Positions 1 through 13,700 of a DNA stretch of 64,000 bases are shown piece after piece. This DNA comes from Takakia lepidozioides (Eukaryota > Plantae > Bryophyta): contig CM060733.1 of assembly GCA_030704615.1 (NCBI GenBank), forward strand, positions 34,596,001 through 34,660,000. Direction: 5' to 3'. The translations under genes were made by a program, and so were the position numbers. A model generated the notes under the pieces. The model was not told where the DNA came from. It saw nothing but the letters and a program-made list of their open reading frames with translations, and ran no database searches. Numbering within the stretch: the stretch's first letter is position 1; each line of letters starts with the position of its first letter.

Positions 1-3000
1 ATTCTAATAGTGACACCTATTGCAGTTTAAGGGTCATATCCCAGTGGCTCAGGGCACTTGTACCTGCATCCACCGCAACAACTCCCATGGTTGGCTGGTC
101 ATCAACCCAGTCTCACCATAGAAAAAACACTGGTGGTCTTGCTGGTCATCACTCTTGCCTCACCACCGACAACATACTCTAGGATTGACCGGTGATCAAA
201 TCCGGCCTAATCCCTATGAAAGCAAGCGCCCACACAAAACCAACATGGCGCACAGTCAAGCATGCAGGTGTTGGGGGGGGGATCCAAACACAAGAAATCA
301 AAACATCAACACCCCCACACCAAAATCCATCTGCAATGCTGATCCTGCAGAATATCCCAGCCCAAAACCCCGGACTGACTGGCCTCCATCAAGAGAGGCT
401 TTGGCAACTACAAGTACAAAGTAATGAAAATAATAAAGAGATGGAGAGGAAGAATAGAAGCCCGACCAAGCAAGATCTAATCCTGATCTATGCTATCAAT
501 TGCCAGACTTCTCTCAAAGTGCCTCGCTCTGCATGATGGTAAGGTGTAGGCGGTATATCTATGTCCAGAAACCTGCCACTAACCCTGTCCCAAGCTACAG
601 TAGCTCGCTCTAACCAACCCTCCTCCTCTTTCTGCCAGGTAGAGACAAAGCAATACTCCCCTATCTCCCGCTCACTGAACACTAAAGAAAATAAAGGTAG
701 GGTGTGACAGTCTCTCAACTCGAAAGCTTTGAGACGGTTGCGGGTGTCCTCATTGCGAATGACTGCATCTCCTTCAAGCAAACTTGTCATTGCCAATGAA
801 CCCCCGCTCGTGGTTGCCTTGTGCAGAGCGTATCCGGCTGCAACCATGTCTGGCTGCATAAACTTGTGTAGCTCCTGCTCCTCTGCTCCAGTACACCACG
901 GCCTTGTGGCTGAACACCTTGGTCCCCGGGGCTGTCTTTGGCTGTGTTCCAAGCCTAGCTTTCACCCACTTTGGTATTTCACCTACAGCTGCAGAACTGC
1001 TGGCTCCAGCAGAGTTCTGATTGTCCAAAGCGATATTGAGGCCCTCAACGCCAACTACAACAGTTTGTTGTCTACTGCTAATGCCTGACTCCCAGTATGC
1101 AATCAACTTGTCCAACTGTTCTCCACTCAAATCAGTCTGAGTTCCTTGGGAAACATAAATCCTGTCCCCTTGTGTGCACAGGCTAAGAGAAGAGACCTGC
1201 CCTTCAATGACGTCCTCATTTCCCCCAGCCATACAAGGAGTACATCCCCAGATTTATCTCTCATGTAGACCAGAACAAGTTCTAGAAACAGAATTGTGGA
1301 TCTTTCATGGCACACTCACACTCTAAAAATTCCATAGATTTTTAGGAGAGTCCCAAAAACTAAAAGGTCTGGATAGGTAGATTTCCCCTTTCTGTAGGTC
1401 CCTGCGCAAGTTTTGGGTCAAACGGCCTTGGTAGGCCAAAGTTATGGCCAAACAGGCTCTATCTAATTTAAATTAGATCAAAGAACGACCCCCAACCTGT
1501 ATTAAATCACTATATGGCGTTCCCCTGTAATGGAGTCCCCCACAAAGGCCACAGTTTTTCCTCTCATTGACTCTAGGAAGGATCTGCCATCAAGCCGAGG
1601 CAGCTCACAATCATTTGGCTTCCATTTCCAGTGCAAATACCCACTGTCAGGCCGTCCATTCTTCATGCAGTTTTGATCCTCTCCAATTTACTGGCACGTT
1701 TCATTCGTGTACAGAGGGGGTTGGGGATCAGGCACCCAGGTCCCTATGGACAGGTCACATGCTCCTGTGCCAGCCAGAACAGTGACATTCGATCCCTTCG
1801 TCTCCAGAAATAAGCTTCCAACTTCCTTGGTGATGTAAGTCTCCTTGGTTGTTAAACCTTGAGCTGTGGTCACAAAGTTGATGGTACTGGACCCCTTCGT
1901 CTTCAGGGACAAGCTGGTGTTTTCCTTGATGTCGTCAGGTTCTGTGGTGCTTGGACCTTGAACTGCAACCGCCAAATCGGTGAGATTGGATACATTAGAA
2001 TATGGACACAAGCTGCCAGTTTCCTTCGTGTCATGACGGACAAATGGCCTCGTATGGAACACGAATGCACGGATCACTGCAACCGGAAGTAGGGCAGCAA
2101 GCACACACGCGTAAACCAAGCTTTTAAATCGGATTACACTTCGTGGCTCGAAAATGGGCTGGACCCGTTGTTGGGAAGAGAGGGTGCTGAAATCTTGCGA
2201 ATCGCCTGCCTCTCCTTGCTGGGTTTCGAACTGCAGCTCTACGAGGGGGCCATGGCACCCAGCCGATTACACCTGCCTTGTCTTTGTCAGAAAATGAGCA
2301 AGCCAAAGAATTCGCTCAAGGAGACCAAAAAGTCCAGCATTGTTGACAGTCCAGGCGTACTGACTCGACACCACACCTGAGCTGCAAATACAACGGACCA
2401 CACAAGTTGGGCACGACTGGCCTACTGGGTGCTCAGCCTGTCCCAGCGCTCAGGCAGCAGGGCTGCCAGGGCCCCCTGCGCGCACCCGCCACCACAAACA
2501 GGGATCACTACATCCTGATCACCACCAACGCCAATGTGTAAACAACAAGCGCATACCCATGGCAACAGCAGGGCCAGATGGACTCCTGCCCCAAGATATA
2601 TATTATAATAGTGCTAAAACAAACTCACCTCTGGCACTCACAGATGCAAGCATCATCTCTCTCGAGTGATAAGAAAGCTAAGGACACACTGTTCACACAA
2701 GAAACATGAAATCCATCAACATCACTCTTTAAGATAATAGTCGAGCCAGGGGCACCCCAAGCTATGGGGACTCCACCCCACAACAACCTATACCCCTACA
2801 TAAGCACACTCAGATTCTAAAGCATGAAGGAGCTCGGTCGCGCAGGCTCAACTCGAGAGAGATGAGCTGTGTGACTGACGCTCTCGTGAAGATAAGACGG
2901 TTCAGGTGTCAAACTAAACTTGACACCTGATTTAACACTTGACCTAAATCCAAGTGTTAAATACAAATAACTAGCTTTATTCTAGTTAGTTTCACACTGT

Positions 3001-3017
3001 GCTTATTTAACTTGACA
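1..3017 (-). mobile_element. 5' part (terminal repeat A', putative self-priming site, long leader) of a Ty3/Gypsy element related to the DNMT-carrying element at 27463-40183; inserted in Copia integrase and running off the window
   Basis: The minus strand starts TGTCAAGTTAAATAAGCACAGTGTGAAACTAACTAG at 3017, homologous to 27463 TGTCAAGTTATTTTACCACTAGTGTGAAACTAGCTAG. A' spans 2667-3017. Positions ~55-420 are the reverse-complement homolog of the pre-gag leader at ~31500-31820. The element interrupts the Copia ORF right after ISRDVVFDEG. Confidence 0.85.
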
Positions 3018-5705
3018 GATCCCTCATCAAACACAACATCTCGGCTGATTATCACCTTCTTAGTGTCATTATGCCAGAGCCGATATGCTTTGCTCTCGGT
3101 GCAATATCCTATGAATGCACATTTCTTGCACTTAGGATCAAGTTTGGATCTCATCTGCTTTGGAATGTGAGAATAGACATCTGATCCAAAAATCTTGAAA
3201 TGAACAACAGATGGTCTTGCTCCTGACCATGCTTCGATCGGTGTCTTTCCATCCAGTAACCGTGTTTCTGTTCTATTCAGGATGTAAGCACTCGTTAGTA
3301 CCGCCTCTACCCAGAATTCCAGGCCAATATTGCTTATATGCAACATACTCCTTGTTGACTCCATGATGGTTCTATTTTCTCTTTCGGCAACACTGTTCTG
3401 CTCCGGTGTATAAGGAGCTGTCAGCTCATGACAGATTCCCTCTTTCTCACAAAGCTCTTTAAAAGCTGAACTCATAAACTCTCCCCCTCGGTCACTATGA
3501 ACTATCTTGACATTGTTCTTTGTTTCTTGTTGTGTCTGCTTAAGGACCTTTCGAAAGTGCTCTATGATTTCAGACTTCTTCTTCATGCAGAAAACCATTC
3601 TGTACCCTGAGAAATCATCTTTGAAAACAACATAATACCTTGACCCTCCGATGGAGTCTATTTTCATCGGTCCACACACATCCGTGTGTAAGAAATCTCC
3701 AGCTTTCTCAGCTTTTACTCTCTCATCATTGACAGGAAAGGTCTGTCTATGGCTCTTGCCATAGGCACATCCTTCACAGAAGGTAGATGCCTCACTCAAA
3801 CTGCCTATCTTCAGACCTTCTACACTCTGTGATGCCTCCATTTTCTTGATCATAACATGATTTAGATATCCCAAATGACAATGCCAAAGATGTAGATTGC
3901 TAGGGTTTGACTCACTCAAGAAAACGATGCTCTTATTTTTGCCACTTAACAAACCCTTGTCGATATTCTTAGGTATAATGACCTTCAATTGCAGCTTATA
4001 CAGTTTCCCTTCATGCAAACCTACCATCACAATTCTTCCTCGTTAATTTGCAACTCTCTTTGTTATAGGTAGTGACAATTCCCTTGTCTGCTGCCTGTCC
4101 GATTGAGAATAGATTCTTTTTTAACTTAGGGACATACAAAGCCTTTGTAATCACTCATCTCTCCCACCTATCTCCAACAAGACTCAGAATCTCGATATCC
4201 CCAACTCCCTCAACCCACACAGACTCATTGTTAGCAACCACGACATGCCACTTCCCCTTAGTTATTGGTTCCAAATTCTTGAACCACTCTCTCTTATCGG
4301 TCATGTGCTCACTTGCACCGCCATCAGCATACCAACAGTTACTCTCAGCCATGGTAGCTCTAGAAGATTGAGCCCCGTGAACAGTGTATGCAGTGCTAAT
4401 ATTGACCTCTGAAGACATACTCTCCACTTGATTTGCTTGACTTGTCTCTGCTGCCTTCTTATCAGGACACTCGCGCTCCCAGTGTCCTCTTCTTCCGCAA
4501 CCATTGCAATGAGTTCGTTTCTTCAATTCCTCGATTCTCCTTCTCTTTTCCTGACGTTCAGCATACGTCAATCTTGGCTTACCATCACCGCTTCCGCTGT
4601 TGTTCATATTACCTGGCCTACCAACAAAAAATGCCTTATCTCTGACTTCATCAAATGCTCCTCGTTCTTTGTTCAGGGTTTCTTCTTTTAGCAGTCTTAC
4701 GGTAAGTTTCTCGATCGTCTGCTCATCTTTCGGAACACTGTCCCACGCTGAGATCATGTGTCGGTATGAAGGACGTAAACTGCAAATAATCTTGGTGATT
4801 ACTGCTCGATCTGTTGTGGCCTCCCCAAGATTGTTAAGCTAGCAGGCCATTGACTCTATGGTGCTAATGTTTTCAGCTACATCATCACCATCACTCATCT
4901 TGTATTCAAAAAATTTCTGCTGTAGCATATGGATATTTTCGCTTGCGCACTGCTCATGAATGGTGATGAGACGACTCCACATCTCTGCTGATGTCTTGCA
5001 TGCAATGAGTTGCTACATGCGCTTCTTGTCTACCGACCTGCAGATGTACAAAGAAGCACAGTTATCTTTGTCATCCCACTCATCCTGATCCAAAGCTTCT
5101 TCTCTCAATTCTATTCCCTCAACAACACGTAAAAGCTTATTTGCTCGGAATATCACTTGCATTTGGAACTTCCATAGTTGGAAGTTATCTCCCGTGAACT
5201 TCTCAATATTCGTCACGTTCTTAGAATCTGTCTTCACTGACGCCATTTCTTCTATCACCCTTACAAAAAGAAAACCTCTGACACAACATTAAGCGATTGT
5301 GGGCCCATAACCTCTTGAAAATACTGATTTCACTGCTTGTTCATAGCTGTTTCCAGAGTAGCCAGTAAGTTATGAGGAAGCTATCCAACACTATTGAAAC
5401 ACTGAGAAGTACGCGGCTTATCAATCTACAAGGCAATCCATCGAAATCAATGATGCTCACGCATCTGTAAGCTTAACTACACCACGCTATGAACATACAT
5501 AAAAACTAACTAAGTATCGTCTACCACCAAAAAATACAAGTACTACTACTAAGTGCGGGAGATCCAACTAGCTAGAGATTCAAAATGTGACTGACTGGCA
5601 TTTGTGATTGTGACTGCTCGGTGGACTGCCACCTAGTTGCTGACTATGACTATTCGACCAGCATGGTCCAGATGTCAATGACGGACTGGATCTTCGATTT
5701 CAACA
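3018..5705 (-). mobile_element. Ty1/Copia LTR retrotransposon, 5' half (LTR, PBS, gag, protease, GAG-pre-integrase, integrase), degenerate
   Basis: LTR 5316-5705 (TG...CA on minus) followed by PBS GGTTATGGGCCCA. Gag KFTGDNFQLWKFQM, knuckle CNGCGRRGHWEREC, protease WYADGGASEHM, integrase HCHLGY/CEGC, HTDVCGP, SDRGGEF, TPEQNSVAER, SKLDPK. Contains stops and a frameshift. Confidence 0.95.
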
Positions 5706-7179
5706 GACAATCCGGCAAAAGCGATAAGAGAGGCACTTTCCAAGGTACTTGTCCCGTATTACCCTCTAGCAGGAAGGCTTCAGATCAGTTTGGAGGGGGA
5801 ACTCGAAGTCAACTGTAATGGCAAAGGGGTCGTGTTTGTGGAAGCTGAGGCAGATGCCGCCATATCTGACTTGGTGAAATTCAAGTCTGGTAAGCCCGAT
5901 CCAAGATTGATGCAACTCGTCTACTCAGTTCCAGAGGCAATGAATCAGGAGGCATTGCATCGGCAACTTGTGACCCCTTCCTTGGTTATTCAGGTAACTC
6001 ATAACTGAAGTCAAAATTTTGCTTCATATAGTACCAGATGAAAACTTCCTGCTCACTGTAAGAGCTTAAAAAACCTTACAGATTAGAGGAAATTTTCATT
6101 AATGTATACTAGATTTGGATGTGAATGCATCTTTCTTCAAATGCTTGCACTCTTGATGAGGTCCAATGGTGATTTTGCTCTGTAGATCGTAGACGACGAC
6201 CCAACTAGTTTTATAGATTCGATATCATATGGCACAATACTGTATGTCGGACATGCTCAATACTGCATGTCTGAATCCTCCAGGCGAATCAGGAACAGCT
6301 GAGTTTTGGTTTTAAGAATCCCCCCCTCTATGGTAGCAGGTGACAAGCTTCAGGTGTGGTGGGTTCGCATTCGGCTTCGGCCTTAACCATCCGTTTATGG
6401 ACGGCGTCGCACTCATGCAGTTCCTAAATGCTTGGGGTGCTATAGCGCGTGGAGACAGTACCACTTTGAGTGCTCCATTCTTGGACCGTACAATCTTTCG
6501 CCCAAGATCTCCACTTCGGATTGACTTCCCACACCATGAATTAGACAACATGCTGTCAGATAATCTCTTGGTTGGTGATTTTGTGTACAACTCTTTCTGT
6601 TTCACCCGTGAAACCATCGCAGAGCTAAGACAACAAATATTGGGATAGCCGGGCTATGTGAGCAAGTGCTCCACTTTTGAGACGCTCGCAGCCCATGTGT
6701 GGCGGCACGCACGAAAGCACTTGAAATGGAGCCATCCCAAAAAACCAGAGTCCTCGTGGCAGTTGATGTGTTTTTCCCGCCCGTTCCCGACTATGTTGGT
6801 AACGTACTTTCCCCAGCGACCACAGCTGGTGAGCTCCTATCCAAGCCTCTGTCTTATGCAGTGCAGCTTATACAAGAAGGGAGTGCTTTGATCACAGACA
6901 AATACTTGAGGACTTAAAGATGAGGCCATCTTTGATCAAATTCTCCGCCTTTACGATTACCAACTGGTCCCGGTTGCCTGCGTATGAGATGACTTTGGGT
7001 GGGGAAAGCCAATTTACTATGGACCTGTCATCACTCCAGGCCGCCACGCAGTGTACGTTACATTGCCCGATGGAAGTGAGGGGGAAAAGAAGAATTTGAC
7101 AATGGTGATTGGACTGCCTCCGAGAGCTATGGAGAAGTTTAAAGAGGCAATACGTACTGGAGTTACAGCTCGCCTTTAG
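5706..7179 (+). pseudogene. BAHD acyltransferase (HXXXD family) pseudogene; 5' end cut off by the Copia insertion
   Basis: [16 protein letters not shown] and [10 protein letters not shown] from 5706. Conserved Q-intron 5994-6339 (LVIQ|VTSFRCGG). HPFMD catalytic motif and DFGWGKP near 6990. Premature TAG at 6646 plus frameshifts. Confidence 0.9.
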
Positions 7180-8769
7180 TTGCTAAGGCCCCGGCCGCAC
7201 GGGGCTGCTAACGGATGTTAGGTTAGTGCTAACTACTGCTAGCTTGAAAAATCCGGCCGCACTGCCCTGTTTTACAAATTTTAGCTCCGACTATTGCTTA
7301 AATAACCCGTTAGAGTTTATGGCAACTTTAGCAGTACCCTAGTGCCAGATCTAAACTGGCACACCAATTTCGGGCAGCGGCCCGTGCCATTTCGCCGTTT
7401 TCGCCATTTTCGCCGTCTCCGTCTCCTCCAAGATAATAGGAATTGGCCACCAAAGTCCCAGAAGACTTCACTGTGGCTATCACTGTTGTGGACGAAACCA
7501 TACTCTCCTATATTATCGGGGATTTGTCCGTTGCTCTCAATATAGAAAAGTTATCTCACCGATGTTCTTCTCATTGTCCAATTTTTTGGGGAGAATGGCT
7601 AGATCAAACAGTGTATCTCCCTGCCAGTTGATTTTGTCAGCTAAGCGGTACTCAACTCAATTCCTTCTCCCTGCTTTGCATTGAGATATTTGAAGGCTGA
7701 GAAGGTAGTAGCATTACCAGATATGCAAAGTGAGGAACAGATCACAGACAATCAAGTTCCATTAAAATCGTTGTACTGGAGAGTACAAATTTGGAGTAAT
7801 ATGAAAGAACCAGCGACCTGAGGAAAGCCAGACATTGAGTGAGAGGAGTATTGGTCTTTGGAAAGGTGATCTCGATCGTACCCAGTAGATTAGTTCTTAC
7901 GGGTGATCCAACACCCATGTCTAATTTCTTGATAGCATATTGTCTTTTCCGTTAAAACAGGACAAGACACGCCCTTTTCTGTGGAAAATCATACTTCATT
8001 TCCAATGCCATTGAAAGAGCCACCCTGAATATGTTCCATTTTTCTCTCATTATGGATGACCAACATTTTGTGAAATTAAGCACTTAGCAAGGTTCAAAAA
8101 TTAGAACTCTGGATTCAAACTTGTCTGGCGATAACCTTTCAAAGACGTGACATTTAGCTTTCTCTGTACCCCAGACTTCCTATTGATATGAAGCTAATGA
8201 GAAGAATAAGCTGGAAAGGGGAGAAGGATCCATGTCCTAGAAGCAACCCAGGAGTGTAGGACTACGGCAGCGAGAGAGACGAAGCGACCGTTCGGGCCCC
8301 GCTCCGCCATCGCTCTCAGGGCACTTTCCACTGATCATTTTGGTTTTGACAAATACCCTCAGTTTTTTCTATCATCTTCTTGAGTGTATTTGTCTAGTGC
8401 AAACCAATAATAATCAAGAAGATGATAGAAAACAATTTACTTAATAAAATTAAAAAAATTAAAAAACCACATAATATCTCTATTCATCTCAATGCTGATG
8501 GGACACGTGTGCCCAACTGGACCTACTCAAGCTGCCAAAGGCAGGAGCCATAAGTTTCGGTTAATCATCACCCCTGCACAGACCATCCTTCTGTTCAGTT
8601 AGTCTCGAATTTGCAACATGTCTGTGTACACACCACATGGCTGCGTGTGGTATGATGATCACTGCTCTACTTAGACAAGTTAGACTGGCATGCTGGAACA
8701 GGCTGTGCTCGACCTTGCCAATATTGCGAGACAATATGACCCACAATAAGATTTCCTAAAAGTTCTCAT

Positions 8770-9590
8770 AGGTGATCGCAATGCTGCTGCTTTGAACTAA
8801 TCTCTACTGTGGGGAGATTGCACAGACGCATCCGCCGCATCATAATGACCTTCCTCAATCCTGAATCGATCCAGAGCTTTGTGCCAAGAATGGAGGTATT
8901 TGCAGCTGCCCACATATCCAAGCATTGGGAGAATAAAGACCAAGTGACAGGATCTGAGTGCATCAGACAATTTGCATTTGTTTCGGCATGCGATCTCTTC
9001 TTGAGCTTAAAGGAGGGCTCTGAACTCAACAATCTTTGGGATGCATTCACTATTATGGTGGATGGCCTTATGGACTTTCCCTTTGATATCTCGGGCACTC
9101 GTTTCTGGAAAGCTAAACGCGCTCGTAAGATGCTCCTCAGTGGCCTCGGCGCCAGGTAACAAGACAACCCCAAAGTGGAATCCACCATATAATCTCCCGC
9201 TTGCTACATATTGCAACTCAAGCTCATTAGTTGGATGACCGATATTTATGAGATGTACTTGCAGTCAGGGGTGAATTTAGTTATCTTAGTTGCTGTCTTC
9301 CTTTCTTTCAAGAGATCAGGGACTGTTCTTGAAAGTATTGTTATGACCATGGATGATCTGTACAGTGTCAGGAACTCGAAGACAAACTTGCATAGCGCGC
9401 ACATCAAGACCTTCTGCCCAGTGCTCCTGACGACGCCGGACGAGAATGGACAGTTCCTCACCGAGGCTGCCATCCTAGACAACCTCATCGTCCTCATGTT
9501 TGCTGGCCACGAGACCACTGCCTCCGCCATTTCCATGACGTTGCGCCTCTTGACTGAAAATTCGACCTGCGTGAACGAGATTTTGAAAGG
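8770..9590 (+). pseudogene. Cytochrome P450 fragment, CYP85 clan (CYP716/720/725-like)
   Basis: HRRIRRIIMTFLNPESIQSFVPRME, FPFDISGTRFWKAKRAR and I-helix DNLIVLMFAGHETTAS. No EXXR, PERF or heme-Cys exon follows, and frameshifts are present. Confidence 0.8.
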
Positions 9591-9685
9591 TAGCCTTCAT
9601 CCCATGCCACCACCATCTTTTCCCAGATTCCTTCCGTGTTTCCATCTCGGTCCCCCTCTCCAGCCCCTTGGTCACCATGAACGGA

Positions 9686-10108
9686 CGTCCTACACAGGAG
9701 TAGGTTCCCGAAGGTCCTGCACCCTTAACCCACGGCTTCAGCCGCCGCTGCTGCTCTGCTGCTGCAAGGTGTTCAACTGGAGGGCCACGTTTTCTTGACT
9801 CACTTTGGGACACATTCTTTCTCAGGACAGCTCCAAAATTTCTTAGAGAGATCTATAATTAGAACAGGCGCAAACTGTCAAGTTTCTCAACTAAATTTCC
9901 CAAGCGATGTTATAGATCATTGTTATGTTCGCATTCTAAGCAGCCAATAGCACTTAACCGTCTTTGGATAACGATCTAGTCAGTAGTAGGTCTACACATA
10001 TGCTCTTGAACAGCAAGGGACAAGAGCATAACCTGATCTTTAGGGCTACTAACAGTTCTGGAAAGTACTTCATAGATCGAGGGACTACTCGGCCAGATTC
10101 AGAGGCTT
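9686..10108. repeat. Diverged duplicate of LRR-RLK intron plus start of the TM exon (copy of 14817-15296)
   Basis: Collinear similarity from TACACAGGAGTAG.TTCCCGAAGGTCCTGCACCC through CAGATTCAGAGGCTT. Confidence 0.85.
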
Positions 10109-10709
10109 TACATAAGAGGATGCAGAAGAAATCGGTATCTAGGCGTGGCCTTCAATCATGGGCTTGATCAAATCTGGGTGTGGGACCTGTACAGTCTGAA
10201 GTGCTGCCTTACTGATTTGTGCACCAGCTTGTTGCGGAACTGCATCCGAGCATGATATAGAACTGGTCTCCAAACAAAGTTGAGACTTCGGACCATAAAA
10301 ACTGCACAGGAGAGATCATCCATGGACCATGATTGTCCGTTCCACCATCCCAGCAATTTCCGATCTCGACCTGGGTAGGTGAGTCCTTGTAGCTCAGACC
10401 CGAGAAGGACACGTAACAAAATCCTTATTTGGGAGTGCACCGTCGCGCCTTACAGTGGACTTAACACTGTGGGCGACCCCCACCCTCCCTTCCCTGCGGT
10501 AGTGTAGTGTAGGTGATATCAAACTGGAGGAACGATTGTGAGATTGCCCAGTGTGCCGTGAAGTGAGCAAAGGTTGAGAATATCTTGGAAGCTCCCTCGA
10601 AGATCCTCTCCTTCACAAAGTCACAAACCCATTAATTTACAGAAGCCCATTCCTGACTTTGGGAGTACTCCTATTCCTGAGAATGGAGAAAGAGGAGTAT
10701 TATCACCAT

Positions 10710-13700
10710 CTACCTTGCACTGGGATTCGAAAGGATTTCATGAATATCATCGGGGGCATAGGAAGTAATCTCCACTGAACTCTGTGAAAATTCTGCACTG
10801 GATTGCAAGCTGCTAAGTTCTCCGTTCCCAACAGCTGTTGGATGGGGGTCAGACAAGCTTGACGAGGTGGCAGACATTTCTGGAGATGGATCCCCAAGAT
10901 ATTCCAACGCCATTGCATCCCCTAGACCCTGTACCACTTCTCTCATTGTTGGCCTGCGGAGGCCTATGGGTTCCAAACTATTTAGTGCCAACTCTACAAC
11001 CTTCCGCATACCCGTCACGTTGAAATTTTGACCCAGTTTTGGGTCCACAATCTCTTGAAGCTGTCCTGATTGTAGATGCGGTCTCACCTGTAATTTATGA
11101 TTTCATCCACATCAAAAACACGCTGTCAGAAACTACTAGATGGCCACCAGGATACATTCTGCTTGCAAGAATTTATGTTTGAGCGAAAGGAGTAACAAGT
11201 GCTTGCCAAAGTATGCGAACGCCGAAACTAGAGAAGTAAGGGTGATCATTGTCGCGAGATCGTTTCAGTCTCCTCTAGGCCCACTAAGTCCACTGAACTC
11301 AATCTGACTAGGAATCGATGGCTAACCGGAAAGGCAAGTAGACAATAGAGTCGCAATCATGGAATGATGAAATCATGAATATATTGAAACATATATTCTG
11401 GTATAGCTGGGCATTTTAACACTTCAAATGAAGTGGCTGAATCTCAACAAAGGCACGTTACATTAACTGCATTAACTTACCCAATCGACTAGGATTACTT
11501 TAGAGTCGACAGCCCGGTAGTTAATAGGTGGTCGGCCGGAGATAATCTCCAACAACACAACGCCAAAGCTGTAAACGTCGCTCTTTCCTGTCAACTTTAA
11601 AGTTGAGAAATACCTGTTACAGTTTTAATGTCATGCAAGGGATTGCATATTGCTTTATGAGAGCAGTTAGCTACTAATTATCTACCAGCCATTGACCTAG
11701 GCGACCTGTAGATGTCTATAGCACGATAAAAAAGCTGCAGTAGAACCCGTCCAAAACCCCATTTGACGCTCATTTGAGGAAAATTGAAGTAGACATATAT
11801 TAGACAGTATTATAAGTTGGTTAGGAATGTACGAGGAATGCACGTACTCAGGATCGAGGTAACCGAGAGTGCCCTTAACGAAGGTGGATACGTGACTGAC
11901 CCCCTCCTCTGCCAACTTGGAGAGTCCGAAATCAGCAACTTTAGCTACCATCTTGTTCGTAAGCAAAATGTTGTTGCTCTTCACATCACGGTGAATGATG
12001 TTCGGACTGCAACCTGTGTGCAGATACTCTAACCCTGTGCGCCCAATTAGACTACATCAGAGCCATTTCTATGAGTCTATATAGTATGTATTCTATGACA
12101 TGAGTGTCATAGAATGACAAAAGTGTAATCTAAGTATAGCCCCATGAAATCTGAAATTTAAACAACATTCAGAAAAAAAGTTAGAAGTCTAGAATGAAAG
12201 CGAAAAATTGTTACCTTGTGCTGCATTGAATGCAATATTTAGGCGCGTTTTCCAGTCAAGTGCAGGCTGATCACTTGCGATGTGCATTTCTGGACCTGTG
12301 CCTATTTGACAACAAAGAGGGTTTTTTAAGTCTTAAAAATCTTTCGGGGTCCTGTTTGATCCAGGTTTCTAAATCTATATAGCATGGGAATCATACCATA
12401 TAACCAAAAATCTAACATCGTGCTTGAGGTGAGTGTGGATTATACCCACAGAATTGGTGGGGAGGTTGTCTTAAAAATGAACCCTTGTGTACTGCATGTG
12501 TGTCTATATACACATGGGGTACTGGGTGAAGTTGTCAAGAAAATATGTAAGCCCTGGGTCATACTAAACGCTCTAGTCAATGTACTACATTAGAGGTACA
12601 GTGAATCCATGACCGGCCAGTGGTTATAAGATTGAGAAGGTCTACAGATACAAACTAGATTATATCCTTTAGGAGAAAAGATCAACCTTAGTGCATTGCA
12701 GTGATACAATATAAGCCTGATCAACAGGTTTTTTTTTACCTCTCAAATAATTAGTAGGATTAGTAAAGTAAGGCCATAGATCTACATATATCAACCACTT
12801 TCCACCATGTCGATGGAGGGATATTATACATGTATCTCTGAGTATAGCCGTACTGCACTCTACTCTAGCGTCCGAGCGTGAAATGACTTTATACATTCCC
12901 TTTAGGAAGTCAGAATTCACACCATAGAGATGTTTCCGCAGGTCGCCCATCGGAAGATACTCATAGATCAACATTCGCTGGCTGTTCTCTTGGCAGTACC
13001 CAATTAATGACACGAGGTTTTTGTGGCGCGCTCTGGAGAGAAGGTCGACCTGATACATAATGCGGTCACAGATGCAGTGGAAATCCTGTTAAATTTTAAA
13101 ATCACCTAGAGCTGCTATTCAAAACCATTGGCTCGATAGCAGCGTAAGCATCCAAACTGGCCAGAGTAAACTGTGCATTAAGTCCTGGATATGAATGTTT
13201 GCAGAGACTAGTAAGTTAACTGAGTCAATGAGAAGTAATTTTCGTGTGTCTTTTCTCAGCTATATAAAATATATGTTACAAAGTTTGTGCACAATTTGGG
13301 AAGTATTGCGTAGTACATAGATTCTATTACATTGACGAAAAACTCCGAAAAGCAGACAAGCAATACGTGAAGTGTATACAGTGTACATTAAACATTGGGC
13401 TGTCAGTATTGAACCTCATTGAAGAACTCTTTCATCCCTTGTTGAGACTTGACGTCCAATTTTTTGACTGCCACCTCTTGTCCATGAGGAAGCTTGCCAT
13501 AGAACACTGGGCCAAAACCTCCTTTTCCAATTTTCCTCCTAAAGTTGTCGGTAGCAATTTTCACCTGGTGAAAAGAAAATTCGTGTGCTCGCTTCTGTCT
13601 CAAACATGAGGCATCTCCTTCTGTACCTATTCAAGCGCTTCCCCATTAATTATTGAAGATGTCCTGACTCATATTATCCTGAACAACTTTGTGTACTCTC

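Noticed and set aside
7180-7350. MITE shared with 20215-20365
   Set aside because: Similarity is patchy and I could not define TIRs or a TSD.
8365-8432. 19-bp inverted repeat as a miRNA precursor (also 15351-15457 around the GATA microsatellite)
   Set aside because: AT-rich, most likely MITE debris, with no independent support.
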